From Synechocystis sp. PCC 6803 substr. PCC-P (GTDB lineage: Bacteria > Cyanobacteriota > Cyanobacteriia > Cyanobacteriales > Microcystaceae), in NCBI RefSeq assembly GCF_000284455.1, contig NC_017039.1:1680001-1712000 (forward strand): 32,000 bases of DNA, given 5' to 3'. Shown here piece after piece: positions 1 through 9,032 of the stretch (positions within the stretch are counted from its first letter, which is position 1; every line of letters begins with the position of its first letter). Below the pieces are notes generated by a model. It was not told the DNA's origin. It was given only the letters and a program-made list of their open reading frames with translations, and did no database searches. Position numbers and translations under genes: made by a program.

Positions 1-1
1 A

Positions 2-1162
2 TTGGTGTTAACAGCCAGCCATAATCCCGCCAATTATTTGGGTTTAAAAGTTAAAGGAGCGTTCGGTGGTTCCGTGGGCAGTGACGTTACAGAAAAAATA
101 GAAGCCCAATTGCAAAATTCCTTACCCCAGCCCCAAGCGGGAGGTAGTTTGCAATATTTTGATCCCTGGCCTAGTTACTGCCAAGGCTTGCAGGCAAAAG
201 TAAATGTTCAACCCATTCGAGAAGCAGTTCAACAGGGAAAACTCCGGGTATTTGCCGATGTGATGCATGGCGCAGCCGCCAGTGGCTTGGAGCGGTTACT
301 AGGTTGTCCCATTGATGAAATTAACGGCGATCGAGATCCCTTGTTTGGCGGTGCTTCCCCTGAACCTTTGCCCAAATACGTTCCTAAATTATTAGCAGCG
401 CTGCAAACGGCGGCCAAAGCTGGTGGGCCAGAGTTACGGGTGGGTTTGATTTTTGATGGCGATGCCGATCGGATTGCCGCAGTAGACGGCCAGGGTAATT
501 TTCTCAGTTCCCAGGGTTTAATTCCCATTTTGATTTACCACTTAGCTACCCAAAAAGGCCTCCAGGGAGAAATTGTTAAAACCGTTAGTGGCTCCGACCT
601 AATTCCCAAGTTGGCAGAGCTTTACGGCATTCCCCTCACGGAAACGGCGATCGGTTATAAGTATATTGCTGATCGAATGTTAACCAGTCCAGTCTTGATT
701 GGTGGGGAAGAATCCGGTGGCATTGGCTATGGGGGTCACATTCCTGAACGGGATGCGTTGTTATCCGCCCTATATGTGTTGGAAACAGTGGTACAGTCCC
801 AACAGGATATTAGTGAACAGTATGGTCGACTCCAGGAAAAAGTCTGCTTTGTCAGTGAGTATGACCGCATTGATTTACCCTTGGCCAGCATGGATGTCCG
901 CACTGCGTTGGTACAAACCCTAAATGAAAATCCCCTAACGGCGATCGCCGGAGAACAAGTGACAGATTTATTGACCACCGACGGCTACAAATTCCGTATG
1001 GCCGGTGGCGGTTGGTTGCTAATTCGCTTTAGTGGGACGGAACCTTTACTGCGGCTTTACTGCGAGGCTCCCACCAGTTCCCGGGTACAGACGGTGCTCC
1101 ACTGGGCAAAGGATTGGGCAAATGGGGTAACGCCTGCCAAGCCTGCACAATCATCTCACTGA
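2..1162 (+). CDS. alpha-D-phosphohexomutase (phosphoglucomutase/phosphomannomutase family), 5' end cut by the window edge
   Basis: The ORF is open from the window start. All four family loops are present: TASHNP (phosphoserine), FDGDADR (Mg2+), GEESGG (sugar) and RFSGTEP (phosphate). Confidence 0.85.
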   Translation: MVLTASHNPANYLGLKVKGAFGGSVGSDVTEKIEAQLQNSLPQPQAGGSLQYFDPWPSYCQGLQAKVNVQPIREAVQQGKLRVFADVMHGAAASGLERLLGCPIDEINGDRDPLFGGASPEPLPKYVPKLLAALQTAAKAGGPELRVGLIFDGDADRIAAVDGQGNFLSSQGLIPILIYHLATQKGLQGEIVKTVSGSDLIPKLAELYGIPLTETAIGYKYIADRMLTSPVLIGGEESGGIGYGGHIPERDALLSALYVLETVVQSQQDISEQYGRLQEKVCFVSEYDRIDLPLASMDVRTALVQTLNENPLTAIAGEQVTDLLTTDGYKFRMAGGGWLLIRFSGTEPLLRLYCEAPTSSRVQTVLHWAKDWANGVTPAKPAQSSH

Positions 1163-1355
1163 GGCGGTCCCTTTGGACGTAATCCAATAAACCATCCTCC
1201 GCCAGAATTTCCTGAACCACGTCATCCAAAGATTGGTCATGGGCCCGGGCCCAGTTGATAACCCCGGCGATCGCCACCGCCACTAATTCCTCGTTAGCGG
1301 GGAAACGGCGCAGGGCATCTAGTTCAGCGTAGGTTTTGGGGATGGCGTAGTGCAT
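1029..1355 (-). CDS. hypothetical protein (108-codon ORF); the true C-terminus is uncertain
   Basis: ATG-initiated ORF (MHYAIPKTYAELDALRRF...). Its last ~44 codons run antisense into the 3' end of the phosphohexomutase gene. No family recognised. Confidence 0.4.
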   Translation of the reverse strand: MHYAIPKTYAELDALRRFPANEELVAVAIAGVINWARAHDQSLDDVVQEILAEDGLLDYVQRDRLSEMIVQAWQALPHLPNPLPSGAPSVPGNWWEPRSKAAVKVPSH

Positions 1356-1426
1356 AGGGTTGGAAGCTTAGCACGGTTCTCTCCATTAAGCAATGGTTAA
1401 GTTGAAAATATTGCTCTGCAATGCAG

Positions 1427-1645
1427 TTAAGGCGAGATGCGAGTTAAGGAAAGCAGAAAATTTGGCAGTACATCTTCTCCCGACAAAGTATCTAGTTGTT
1501 CCAAAATTTCCACTGTTTTATAGAGAGAAACAACTCGGATAATCGGTTTGCCAGATGTCATGGCCGCACGCAAGTTGTCTCCAAGTCATTCCACATGGTT
1601 GATATCACCGTGGCAATATTTGCCAAACCGAGGTCAATGGTAGCA
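1427..1645 (-). pseudogene. probable remnant of a Uma2-family (DUF820) endonuclease gene, C-terminal third only
   Basis: Hand translation of 1561->1427 gives MTSGKPIIRVVSLYKTVEILEQLDTLSGEDVLPNFLLSLTRISP*. The ending resembles the Uma2 C-terminal ...VEVY...LPGFxLxLxxIF motif. Upstream frames are broken by stops, and there is no room for a full ~190-aa protein. Confidence 0.3.
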
Positions 1646-1795
1646 TAGAACTACTACGCAACTAGCGCCTCTCATTACTTTATTGAAACTCTTAGCTATT
1701 TTTTGCCTGATTGATCTTTGTTCCTTTGAAAATTGCCTGAAAGCTGATAATAGTTTGGCTCCCTTTTTGTTGAAATAATTCATTCAGATTTCTAT

Positions 1796-1839
1796 TTTTA
1801 TCAAACTGATTAACCCCTTTTATCAAACTGATCAACCCC
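1796..1839. repeat. perfectly adjacent tandem duplication of a 22-bp unit, TTTTATCAAACTGAT(T/C)AACCCC x2
   Basis: Read directly: 1796-1817 and 1818-1839 differ at one base. It lies in an AT-rich 540-bp gene-free spacer. Confidence 0.9.
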
Positions 1840-1897
1840 AACCTCAGTCGATAGACGTTGACTTGGGGACAGCAAGGGAGAATTTTGAAAATTGTGA

Positions 1898-2557
1898 TTA
1901 CCTCACCATCGCAAATAATTCGTCAAAGGACTGCACGGGAATATCCGGTTTACTGACAATTTCAACAATTTTATTTTTAGCACTGGGGCTAAAGAGAGAT
2001 TCCACACAAGCTTCTGCTACTTTTTGCCGGGGAATACTACCATCAAATAACGTATCTGCCCCGGCCATGACGATGGCGTTATCATTGTCCTCATTTTTCA
2101 AGCCCCCTGGCCGCACAATGGTGTAGGGGACACCACTCTGACGCAGATAATTTTCGCCCCATTGTTTCCAGACCAGAATTAAGCCAAACAGATTGAGGGG
2201 ATGGAAGAGGTTAGACACACAAAGGGAAGACACCAACACTAATTGTTCAATGCCATTGGCTTTGGCTATATCCACCAGGTTGCGAGTGCCTAGATAATCC
2301 ACTTTGAAAGGCCCGGTTAAGTCCGCACTGGGTCTGGCCCCGGCCGCATTAATCACCACTGTGCAACCGGCGATCGCCGCCTTGATGGTTTCTGGTTCCA
2401 GCAGGTCTCCTACCATAATCTCTGTTCCTGGGGGTAACACCGCCTTAGCGCTGTCGTAGTTCCGCACCAAAGCCCGCACTGCAATTTGGCGATCGGTTAA
2501 GGTATTGACAACTCGTTTGCCTGTTTCTCCGGTGGCGCCGATAACTAAAACTTTCAT
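1898..2557 (-). CDS. NAD(P)-binding atypical short-chain dehydrogenase/reductase (NmrA/Ycf39/Tic62-like fold)
   Basis: MKVLVIGATGETGKRVV Rossmann motif at the N-terminus. ATG at 2557 is preferred over the upstream TTG at 2569. The protein is ~219 aa. Confidence 0.8.
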   Translation of the reverse strand: MKVLVIGATGETGKRVVNTLTDRQIAVRALVRNYDSAKAVLPPGTEIMVGDLLEPETIKAAIAGCTVVINAAGARPSADLTGPFKVDYLGTRNLVDIAKANGIEQLVLVSSLCVSNLFHPLNLFGLILVWKQWGENYLRQSGVPYTIVRPGGLKNEDNDNAIVMAGADTLFDGSIPRQKVAEACVESLFSPSAKNKIVEIVSKPDIPVQSFDELFAMVR

Positions 2558-2610
2558 GGTTAAATTCAATTAATTTTGAAGTAAAGGTGATAAATATTTT
2601 AAGTCTGGAA

Positions 2611-3288
2611 CTAGAAAGCAATTTCCGTTAAGCGCCGTTGCAACATTGTCGGAAACTGTCCGTAGTAACGCTTATTCAACGGTGAAGGGTGAGGTAAAGG
2701 CATTAATCTAACAATTTTTTGACTACCTTTGCCTGCCGCCGTTTTCGCTTTGATCAAAACATCTAATGAGCATTCGTACCTATCCCCCCCTTGGAAGAAT
2801 TCATCCAACTGGCCCTTGGGGGCATAGGGAGCAAACCATTTAAAAGCTTCCGTTCCCAGGGTGATAATTTGTTTCCCTTGCCAATGGAACACTAACAATT
2901 GCTCCACAAAAGGGCGAAACCTTTCCTTAACTTTGACAGAATAAGCCTTATTTTCCGGGGGTTTATAGGGCACCGTATTAGTAAGCAAAATCCTTTGACA
3001 GACCGTTTGTAAATCATCTTGTCCCCTGGGAACCCGACCCTGCCAAGCTTCAAAAAACCCCTTCCTCACTAGCCGCCCTGCCGCTCCGATTAAGGGTTGT
3101 CCTTGGCGCACCTCATCCGCCCCTAAATCCCTGCCAAAAAAACAGAGCTGACTACCGAGGTTACCCCCAAATAAAATTGGATCTAGGGCATCTTTGCCGG
3201 CCTGCTCATAAATGGGAGAGTCTAGGGGAAATGGTTCCCGTTCTGCTTCTTGGCGAATAGTGCGGATCAGGGTTTGAAGCTCTGACAT
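2611..3288 (-). CDS. uracil-DNA glycosylase superfamily protein (family-4-like)
   Basis: FFGRDLGADEVRQGQPLIGAAGRLV resembles UDG motif A (GExPGxxExxxGxPFxGxAG). An HPSPLN motif B lies near the C-terminus. Confidence 0.65.
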   Translation of the reverse strand: MSELQTLIRTIRQEAEREPFPLDSPIYEQAGKDALDPILFGGNLGSQLCFFGRDLGADEVRQGQPLIGAAGRLVRKGFFEAWQGRVPRGQDDLQTVCQRILLTNTVPYKPPENKAYSVKVKERFRPFVEQLLVFHWQGKQIITLGTEAFKWFAPYAPKGQLDEFFQGGDRYECSLDVLIKAKTAAGKGSQKIVRLMPLPHPSPLNKRYYGQFPTMLQRRLTEIAF

Positions 3289-3524
3289 GGAAGAAACTGA
3301 GATAACTGATTGGCAAAAAAATCGGTAGGAAAAACTAGGAGATCCATGGCCTCGCCCAAGGAAAAATATCCTAGGGTCACAGACAGATAAATGTTAAAGA
3401 CTGTTGCAGAAGTGTGCGTCTCCGTTAATGCCATGGTAGTTTTTATAGGGGCCACAAGTCCCTCAATTCAGCACTTGCCGATTATTTTTCAGTCAACAGT
3501 ATTGCTCAAGGAGGAAAAAGGACA

Positions 3525-3719
3525 GTGTCAGCTACCCAGGTAGACGTTTCCCAGCCCCAAGAAGCCATCAGTGATTACGTGGCGGAACTGCAACTGCACA
3601 TGACGCTCCAAGCCCGTAACCTGGTCCCCACCCTAACCCAAACCCCAGGGCCATGTCATAGCCTCGTGCATGAAAGCCAGGCCATGGTAGAAAAAATTAT
3701 CTCCCGTCAGCGCTGCTAG
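3525..3719 (+). CDS. small hypothetical protein (64 aa, GTG start)
   Basis: A strong Shine-Dalgarno AAGGAGG at 3508-3514 sits 10 nt upstream of GTG 3525. No family recognised. Confidence 0.35.
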   Translation: MSATQVDVSQPQEAISDYVAELQLHMTLQARNLVPTLTQTPGPCHSLVHESQAMVEKIISRQRC

Positions 3720-3988
3720 GAAGTTCACCGACATTACTTTTTATATTTTCCCTGATAGAGCCAGCCCAAGGAAATTTCCCCCCGTCCTGAACAGTGGTTT
3801 CCCTGGTGGCTTGCCAATGGTTGTCGGCAATAGTGGTATAATCCTGACTTTGCTGCATCAAAAATGGTGCGTCACAAAAAGCCCAAACCTAGAGATGGGA
3901 CGGGCGATCGCCGTTAGTTAAACACTGTGTTGAAGCTGACGAAATTTGCTCCCCCATGGTTCGCGGTTCTGAACTTTATTGGAAGCCC

Positions 3989-4900
3989 ATGAGTAAGAAG
4001 TGTTCCCCCTGGTTAAAAGTCGGTGTATTGGCCACCAGTGCCGCCTTGCTAAGTACCACTCCAGCTTTAGCAAATCAGCCCGAAACCTTTGCCAGCGTTG
4101 ACTATTTTCAGGGTAGGCAGTCGGTTCCCATCGAAGTGGAAATGCCCACTGGGGGATTTGGCAACATTGGTTCTCCCATTTACCAGGGGGCCTGTCCAGC
4201 AACTTTCCAACCCATTGTGCAACGAATTGTGGGGGCCAAGGCCATGCCCAATTGGGGGGTATTAGTGGAAAGGCTTGATGATCGCCAGGTGCTCTATAGC
4301 CATAACGAAAACAAATTTTTTATCCCCGCTTCCAACGCCAAAATTTTTACCACAGCGGCGGCCCTACAAAGGCTGGGTCCCAATGCCACAGTGCGTTCCC
4401 AGCCCCTACGTAATTGGGTGATGACCACAAATAAACGCTCCAACAACAGCTATGCAGAATTGCTGCTCAACACGGTGGGAGGCCCTGGGGCTGTTAAGGC
4501 GGCTGTGGCGGAATTGGGAGTTAACCCCCAGGGTTTTCGCGTAGCCGACGGCTCTGGTTTGTCCCGCAATAATGCGGCTACGCCCCGTTCCCTAGTAGAC
4601 ACCCTCCAGGCAATGTATCGCAGTAGCAATAGTAGTTTGTTCGTTTCTTCCATGCCGATCGCCGGTCAGGATGGCACCCTAGCCCGACGGATGAAAGCTA
4701 CCACGGCTCAAAATAACGTCTTTGCAAAAACTGGCACCCTGCGGGGGGTAAGGGCCCTGTCTGGTTATGCCAACACTCCCGCCCACGGCACCGTTGTTTT
4801 TAGCATTTTGGCCAACGATTGGAGTCGCTCTGGGGATAACCTGGTGCGGGCCATTGACCAGTTGGTGGTGCAAATCAATAACATGGGTGCCTGCGACTAA
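3989..4900 (+). CDS. dacB: D-Ala-D-Ala carboxypeptidase/endopeptidase, PBP4 (DacB, peptidase S13)-like, compact form
   Basis: Signal peptide MSKKCSPWLKVGVLATSAALLSTTPALA. Contains SNAK (SxxK), DGSGLSRNN (SxN) and KTGT (KTG) motifs. ATG 3989 is preferred over ATG 3956. Confidence 0.75.
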   Translation: MSKKCSPWLKVGVLATSAALLSTTPALANQPETFASVDYFQGRQSVPIEVEMPTGGFGNIGSPIYQGACPATFQPIVQRIVGAKAMPNWGVLVERLDDRQVLYSHNENKFFIPASNAKIFTTAAALQRLGPNATVRSQPLRNWVMTTNKRSNNSYAELLLNTVGGPGAVKAAVAELGVNPQGFRVADGSGLSRNNAATPRSLVDTLQAMYRSSNSSLFVSSMPIAGQDGTLARRMKATTAQNNVFAKTGTLRGVRALSGYANTPAHGTVVFSILANDWSRSGDNLVRAIDQLVVQINNMGACD

Positions 4901-4926
4901 TCCAGACTTAGCAAGGAATTATAAAA

Positions 4927-6246
4927 ATGGATTGGTCAGCCATTGCGGCTTCATTAACTACCCAGGGCTTGGAAGTAATCCAAGATCCCCAGCAAAGAAA
5001 AAAGCTATCCACCGATTACGCCCATTTCAGCCCCATTTTGATGGCGCAGTTGGAGGGCAAACAGGCGGATTTAGTCGTCCTAGCCCGATCAGAACCAGAG
5101 GCAATCGCGGTGATCCGTTGCTGTGTGGCCAATCAAATTCCCCTCACAGTGCGGGGGGCTGGCACCGGCAATTACGGCCAATGTGTTCCCCTGGAGGGAG
5201 GCATTGTGTTGGATTTATCCCCCATGCAAAGGATCATTAGCCTGGAACCGGGTCGGGCCGTGGTGGAGCCGGGGGTAAAGTTAGGCAAGCTGGAACAACA
5301 AGCTAAACAAATGGGCTGGGAGCTGCGCCTGTTACCTTCCACCTATCAAACAGCTACCGTGGGGGGTTTTGTCAGCGGTGGCAGTACTGGCATGGGGGCA
5401 GTGAACTATGGCACCTTATTCGACCCGGGCAACGTCCAGAGCCTCACGGTGTTGACCATGGAAGCGGAACCCCAACGGCTGATTCTGTCCGGCGAGGCGG
5501 CCCAACCAGTCATCCATGGCTATGGCACCAACGGCATTATTACTGAAATTACTTTGCCCCTTACTCCAGCCCTACCTTGGCGGGAAGCCATCGTCAGTTT
5601 TACGAATTTATCTTCGGCGATCGCCTTTGCCCAAAATTTGGCCCATCAAGACGGCATTGTTAGTAAGGAAATTTCCATTCAAGCCGATCCGATTCCGCAA
5701 TATTTCAGCAGTTTAAAAAGTTATTATCAACCCGGAGCTCACTGGGTAATGGTGATTGTTTCTGAGTTGGATTGGCTAGCTTTTACGCAGTTGGCCAAGG
5801 CAAGTAAAGGGGAAATTATCTTTGAGCAAGATCCCCAAAGCCCAGGGAAAAAAATTAATTTGATTGAATTTAATTGGAACCACACCACTCTTTTGGCTAG
5901 GGCCGTGGATCCTAGTTTGACCTATCTTCAAGTATTTTTCTATCGAGATGTAGAGCAAATTCTCGCCTTGGCAAAACTATTTAAGGATGAGATTATGTTC
6001 CACATCGAAATAATGCGCATTCAAGGGCAAATGTGCCTAGCTGGTTTTCCTTTGGTTAAATTTATCAACGGTGATCGCCTGGAAGAAATCATGGCCGCCC
6101 ACCAAAATCTAGGGGCCAGAATCGCCAATCCCCACACCTATAGTTTAGCCGGAGGGTCGGTACAACCTCTGCCAGAATCCCAATTAATTTTTAAACGCCA
6201 GGTAGATCCCCTTAATTTGCTCAACCCAGGTAAATTAACCGATTAA
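4927..6246 (+). CDS. FAD-linked oxidase (PCMH-type FAD-binding domain)
   Basis: The N-terminal FAD_binding_4-like region has RGAGTGNYGQ. The protein is 439 aa. Confidence 0.75.
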   Translation: MDWSAIAASLTTQGLEVIQDPQQRKKLSTDYAHFSPILMAQLEGKQADLVVLARSEPEAIAVIRCCVANQIPLTVRGAGTGNYGQCVPLEGGIVLDLSPMQRIISLEPGRAVVEPGVKLGKLEQQAKQMGWELRLLPSTYQTATVGGFVSGGSTGMGAVNYGTLFDPGNVQSLTVLTMEAEPQRLILSGEAAQPVIHGYGTNGIITEITLPLTPALPWREAIVSFTNLSSAIAFAQNLAHQDGIVSKEISIQADPIPQYFSSLKSYYQPGAHWVMVIVSELDWLAFTQLAKASKGEIIFEQDPQSPGKKINLIEFNWNHTTLLARAVDPSLTYLQVFFYRDVEQILALAKLFKDEIMFHIEIMRIQGQMCLAGFPLVKFINGDRLEEIMAAHQNLGARIANPHTYSLAGGSVQPLPESQLIFKRQVDPLNLLNPGKLTD

Positions 6247-6310
6247 TCCAGTTATTTTTACCAAAAAAAATTGGCTAGGATCTCAATTACAAATCCCAAC
6301 CAATCTTTTA

Positions 6311-6331
6311 TCTCACCAAAAAATAGTGAGA
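6311..6331. terminator. possible bidirectional hairpin between the convergent FAD-oxidase and psaJ genes
   Basis: TCTCAC-N9-GTGAGA is a 6-bp stem. Flanking T/A runs are weak. Confidence 0.25.
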
Positions 6332-6353
6332 AGAATTTATTCGCCAAACAAAA

Positions 6354-6476
6354 CTAGGGGTGGAAAAGAAGATCGGGATAAAAACGATTAAACTCGATCA
6401 AAATACCAGCGGTGAAAGTCAACAAAGCCATGATCATGACCGGAGCAGTTGACAAAAAGGATTTCAAACCGTCCAT
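6354..6476 (-). CDS. psaJ: photosystem I reaction centre subunit IX (PsaJ), 40 aa; not in the supplied ORF track
   Basis: Hand translation of the minus strand gives [40 protein letters not shown]. This matches the PsaJ sequence as I recall it, and the gene lies directly downstream of psaF as in the known psaF-psaJ operon. Confidence 0.93.
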   Translation of the reverse strand: MDGLKSFLSTAPVMIMALLTFTAGILIEFNRFYPDLLFHP

Positions 6477-6583
6477 AAATTGAGTCTCCAAAATTGACAA
6501 AGGTAAACAAAAATAATGTCGAAATTGAAGGGAGTTAGATATTAAGCAATAACATCAATAGTTCCCAGTCAATGCCCAACTAA

Positions 6584-7081
6584 TTAGCGGGGGGAAGTGG
6601 GGATTTCTGAATCCTTCATCACCAGTTTGCCGGAGGTGTATTCACCAACGGCGGCCAAGGGCCAAAGGAAACCACCCAACATTTTTTTGATCGCTAGGGG
6701 GACATTAATAACCACTTCCTGCATTTCAGGATTTTTGCTTTCCCGAATTTCAATCAGGTAAGAACGACCAACCCAGCCGATCCAACCAGCAATGTACAGG
6801 AACAAAATGCTAGGAATCAAAAAGTCACCAGCGTGGGTGAAACGACCGTCCACAATCAGGTGGGGATAACCTTCGGGGCCACAGAGGGCAGAGGCATAAC
6901 GTTCCGCCCGAATTTTACCGGAGTTGGGATCGTTGGTGGTATTGAGGAAGTTTTTAGACTTGGCCAAGTAAGCGGGGTTTTCGCTACAGGGGGTCAAATT
7001 GGCAAAATCGTCCGCCGAAGCTGAGGGAGCGAAATTAAACCAGAGTGTAAAGGCTAGGAGCAACGCCAACAAATGTTTCAT
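6584..7081 (-). CDS. psaF: photosystem I subunit III (PsaF, plastocyanin/cytochrome c6 docking subunit)
   Basis: [41 protein letters not shown]... is a recognisable PsaF with its signal peptide. ATG 7081 gives 165 aa. The 22-codon upstream extension to 7147 is rejected. Confidence 0.96.
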   Translation of the reverse strand: MKHLLALLLAFTLWFNFAPSASADDFANLTPCSENPAYLAKSKNFLNTTNDPNSGKIRAERYASALCGPEGYPHLIVDGRFTHAGDFLIPSILFLYIAGWIGWVGRSYLIEIRESKNPEMQEVVINVPLAIKKMLGGFLWPLAAVGEYTSGKLVMKDSEIPTSPR

Positions 7082-7240
7082 AAGAATCGTTTCCTTGGTT
7101 AAACAAAAGACTAAAAAGGCGGCTAAATAAATAAGCAAGATTCGCAACCTGTTACCGTGATCCGGGGATCGTTAGCCGATAATAGGAAAGACTGGGCTAA
7201 TAAACCGTCGTCTTTTGGATCAAACTCAAACTAGCAGAGA

Positions 7241-8287
7241 ATGGCAATCATTTTAGCAATTGAAACAAGTTGTGATGAAACTGCGGTGGCAATTGTAAAT
7301 AATCGTAACGTTTGCAGTAATGTGGTTTCTTCCCAAATACAAACCCATCAAATTTTCGGCGGGGTAGTACCGGAAGTGGCCTCTCGCCAGCATTTACTTT
7401 TAATTAATACCTGTCTCGACCAAGCTTTGCAAGCAAGTGGTTTGGGTTGGCCAGAAATTGAGGCGATCGCCGTGACCGTGGCTCCGGGGTTGGCAGGGGC
7501 GTTGATGGTGGGGGTGACGGCGGCTAAAACCCTAGCCATGGTGCATCAAAAACCTTTTTTAGGGGTGCATCATCTGGAAGGTCATATCTACGCCAGCTAT
7601 CTGAGTCAACCGGATTTGCAACCACCATTTTTGTGTTTGCTAGTTTCCGGTGGCCACACCAGTTTGATCCACGTTAAAGGTTGTGGGGATTACCGACAAT
7701 TGGGCACCACCAGGGACGATGCGGCCGGGGAAGCCTTTGATAAGGTAGCTCGTTTGCTGGATTTAGGTTACCCAGGGGGCCCTGCCATTGACCGGGCGGC
7801 TAAACAGGGCGATCCAGGGACGTTTAAATTACCAGAAGGAAAAATTTCCTTGCCCCAAGGAGGATATCATCCCTACGATTCCAGCTTTAGTGGTTTAAAA
7901 ACGGCCATGTTACGCCTCACTCAGGAACTTAAACAGAGTTCAGCTCCCTTGCCTGTGGATGATTTAGCGGCCAGTTTCCAAGATACGGTGGCCCGTTCTT
8001 TGACCAAAAAGACCATTCAGTGTGTCCTAGACCATGGCTTAACCACCATTACCGTCGGGGGAGGGGTGGCCGCCAATAGTCGTTTACGCTATCATCTCCA
8101 AACCGCCGCCCAAGAACATCAATTGCAAGTCTTTTTTCCGCCCCTAAAGTTTTGCACCGACAATGCCGCTATGATTGCCTGTGCCGCCGCTGACCATTTC
8201 CAAAACGGCGATCGCTCCCCTTTAACTTTAGGTGTCCAGTCTCGCCTCTCGGTGGAACAAGTCAGCCAGTTGTATGAGCGCAATTAA
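7241..8287 (+). CDS. tsaD: tRNA N6-adenosine threonylcarbamoyltransferase (t6A37 synthesis; Kae1/Gcp family)
   Basis: Contains AIETSCDETAVAIV, GVHHLEGH metal-binding histidines and LLVSGGHT. Confidence 0.95.
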   Translation: MAIILAIETSCDETAVAIVNNRNVCSNVVSSQIQTHQIFGGVVPEVASRQHLLLINTCLDQALQASGLGWPEIEAIAVTVAPGLAGALMVGVTAAKTLAMVHQKPFLGVHHLEGHIYASYLSQPDLQPPFLCLLVSGGHTSLIHVKGCGDYRQLGTTRDDAAGEAFDKVARLLDLGYPGGPAIDRAAKQGDPGTFKLPEGKISLPQGGYHPYDSSFSGLKTAMLRLTQELKQSSAPLPVDDLAASFQDTVARSLTKKTIQCVLDHGLTTITVGGGVAANSRLRYHLQTAAQEHQLQVFFPPLKFCTDNAAMIACAAADHFQNGDRSPLTLGVQSRLSVEQVSQLYERN

Positions 8288-8340
8288 CTTGACTTTACTG
8301 AAAAGCTGAAAAATTAGTGGGGCAAATTGATTGAAAAAAT

Positions 8341-8898
8341 ATGGCAGAACCCATGACAGAACAACAGAAAACAGAAAATTGGCTGGAAATCGGTACCATT
8401 GTTGCGGCTCAGGGTATTCAGGGGGAAGTGCGGGTTCTTTCAGCATCAGACTTCCCAGCTAGATTTTTGACTAAGGGTCAACGGTGGATTAGAAAAACCC
8501 CCCAGGAAACGCCCCAACCCCTAACGCTAAAAAAGGGCAAACAAATTCCTGGCAAAAACCTTTATATTCTGCGTTTTACTGAAATTACCGACCGTAATCA
8601 AGCGGAAGCTTTAGTCAATTACCAACTATTAGTCCCCGCCACCGATCGCCTACCGTTGGAGCCGGGGGAATTCCACGTCACTGATTTACTGGGGTTGATT
8701 GTTTACGACCATGACAATGGCGATCGCCTAGGGATAGTGACGGATTTTTACAGTGCTGGCAATGACCTATTGGGGATAACTTTGGATAAAAACCCAGACA
8801 AAGAAGTGCTCGTCCCCTTTGTTGAAGCCATTGTGCCCACGGTAGAACTAGCGGAGCAACGGCTGGAAATTAAAACCATTCCAGGGCTACTGGATTGA
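8341..8898 (+). CDS. rimM: 16S rRNA processing protein RimM
   Basis: LEIGTIVAAQGIQGEVRV N-terminal barrel and a C-terminal PRC-barrel-like region. The protein is 185 aa. Confidence 0.88.
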   Translation: MAEPMTEQQKTENWLEIGTIVAAQGIQGEVRVLSASDFPARFLTKGQRWIRKTPQETPQPLTLKKGKQIPGKNLYILRFTEITDRNQAEALVNYQLLVPATDRLPLEPGEFHVTDLLGLIVYDHDNGDRLGIVTDFYSAGNDLLGITLDKNPDKEVLVPFVEAIVPTVELAEQRLEIKTIPGLLD

Positions 8899-9032
8899 TC
8901 GGCTGTGTTCCTTCATACCAGTTAACTGGCAACCGTACCTTATTTTCTCAGGGGTAAACAAAGTGAATTGCACTGATGCCCAGCCATTTGCCAAATGCTA
9001 AACTGATGCCATTTGAACAAAGCGGGGAAACA

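Noticed and set aside
229-978. ORFs 229..528(-), 699..923(+) and 736..978(-) inside the phosphohexomutase gene
   Set aside because: They are out-of-frame or antisense shadow ORFs within a gene that carries all four family motifs. Their sequences are low-complexity and Arg/Ser/Pro-rich, with no start context.
3811-3842. Extended -10 promoter (TGgTATAAT at 3834-3842) upstream of dacB
   Set aside because: The motif is present, but the nearest -35-like hexamer (TTGCCA 3811-3816) is 20 nt away. Without TSS data this is too speculative to list as a feature.
4767-5240. 157-aa ORF bridging the dacB 3' end and the FAD-oxidase 5' end
   Set aside because: It is out of frame with two well-supported genes, and its Gly/Pro/Arg-rich composition is typical of an off-frame translation.
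7082-7147. 22-codon N-terminal extension of the psaF ORF ([22 protein letters not shown])
   Set aside because: PsaF pre-proteins begin with the MKHLL... signal peptide, and ATG 7081 gives the expected 165-aa product. The extension is read-through of the 5' UTR.
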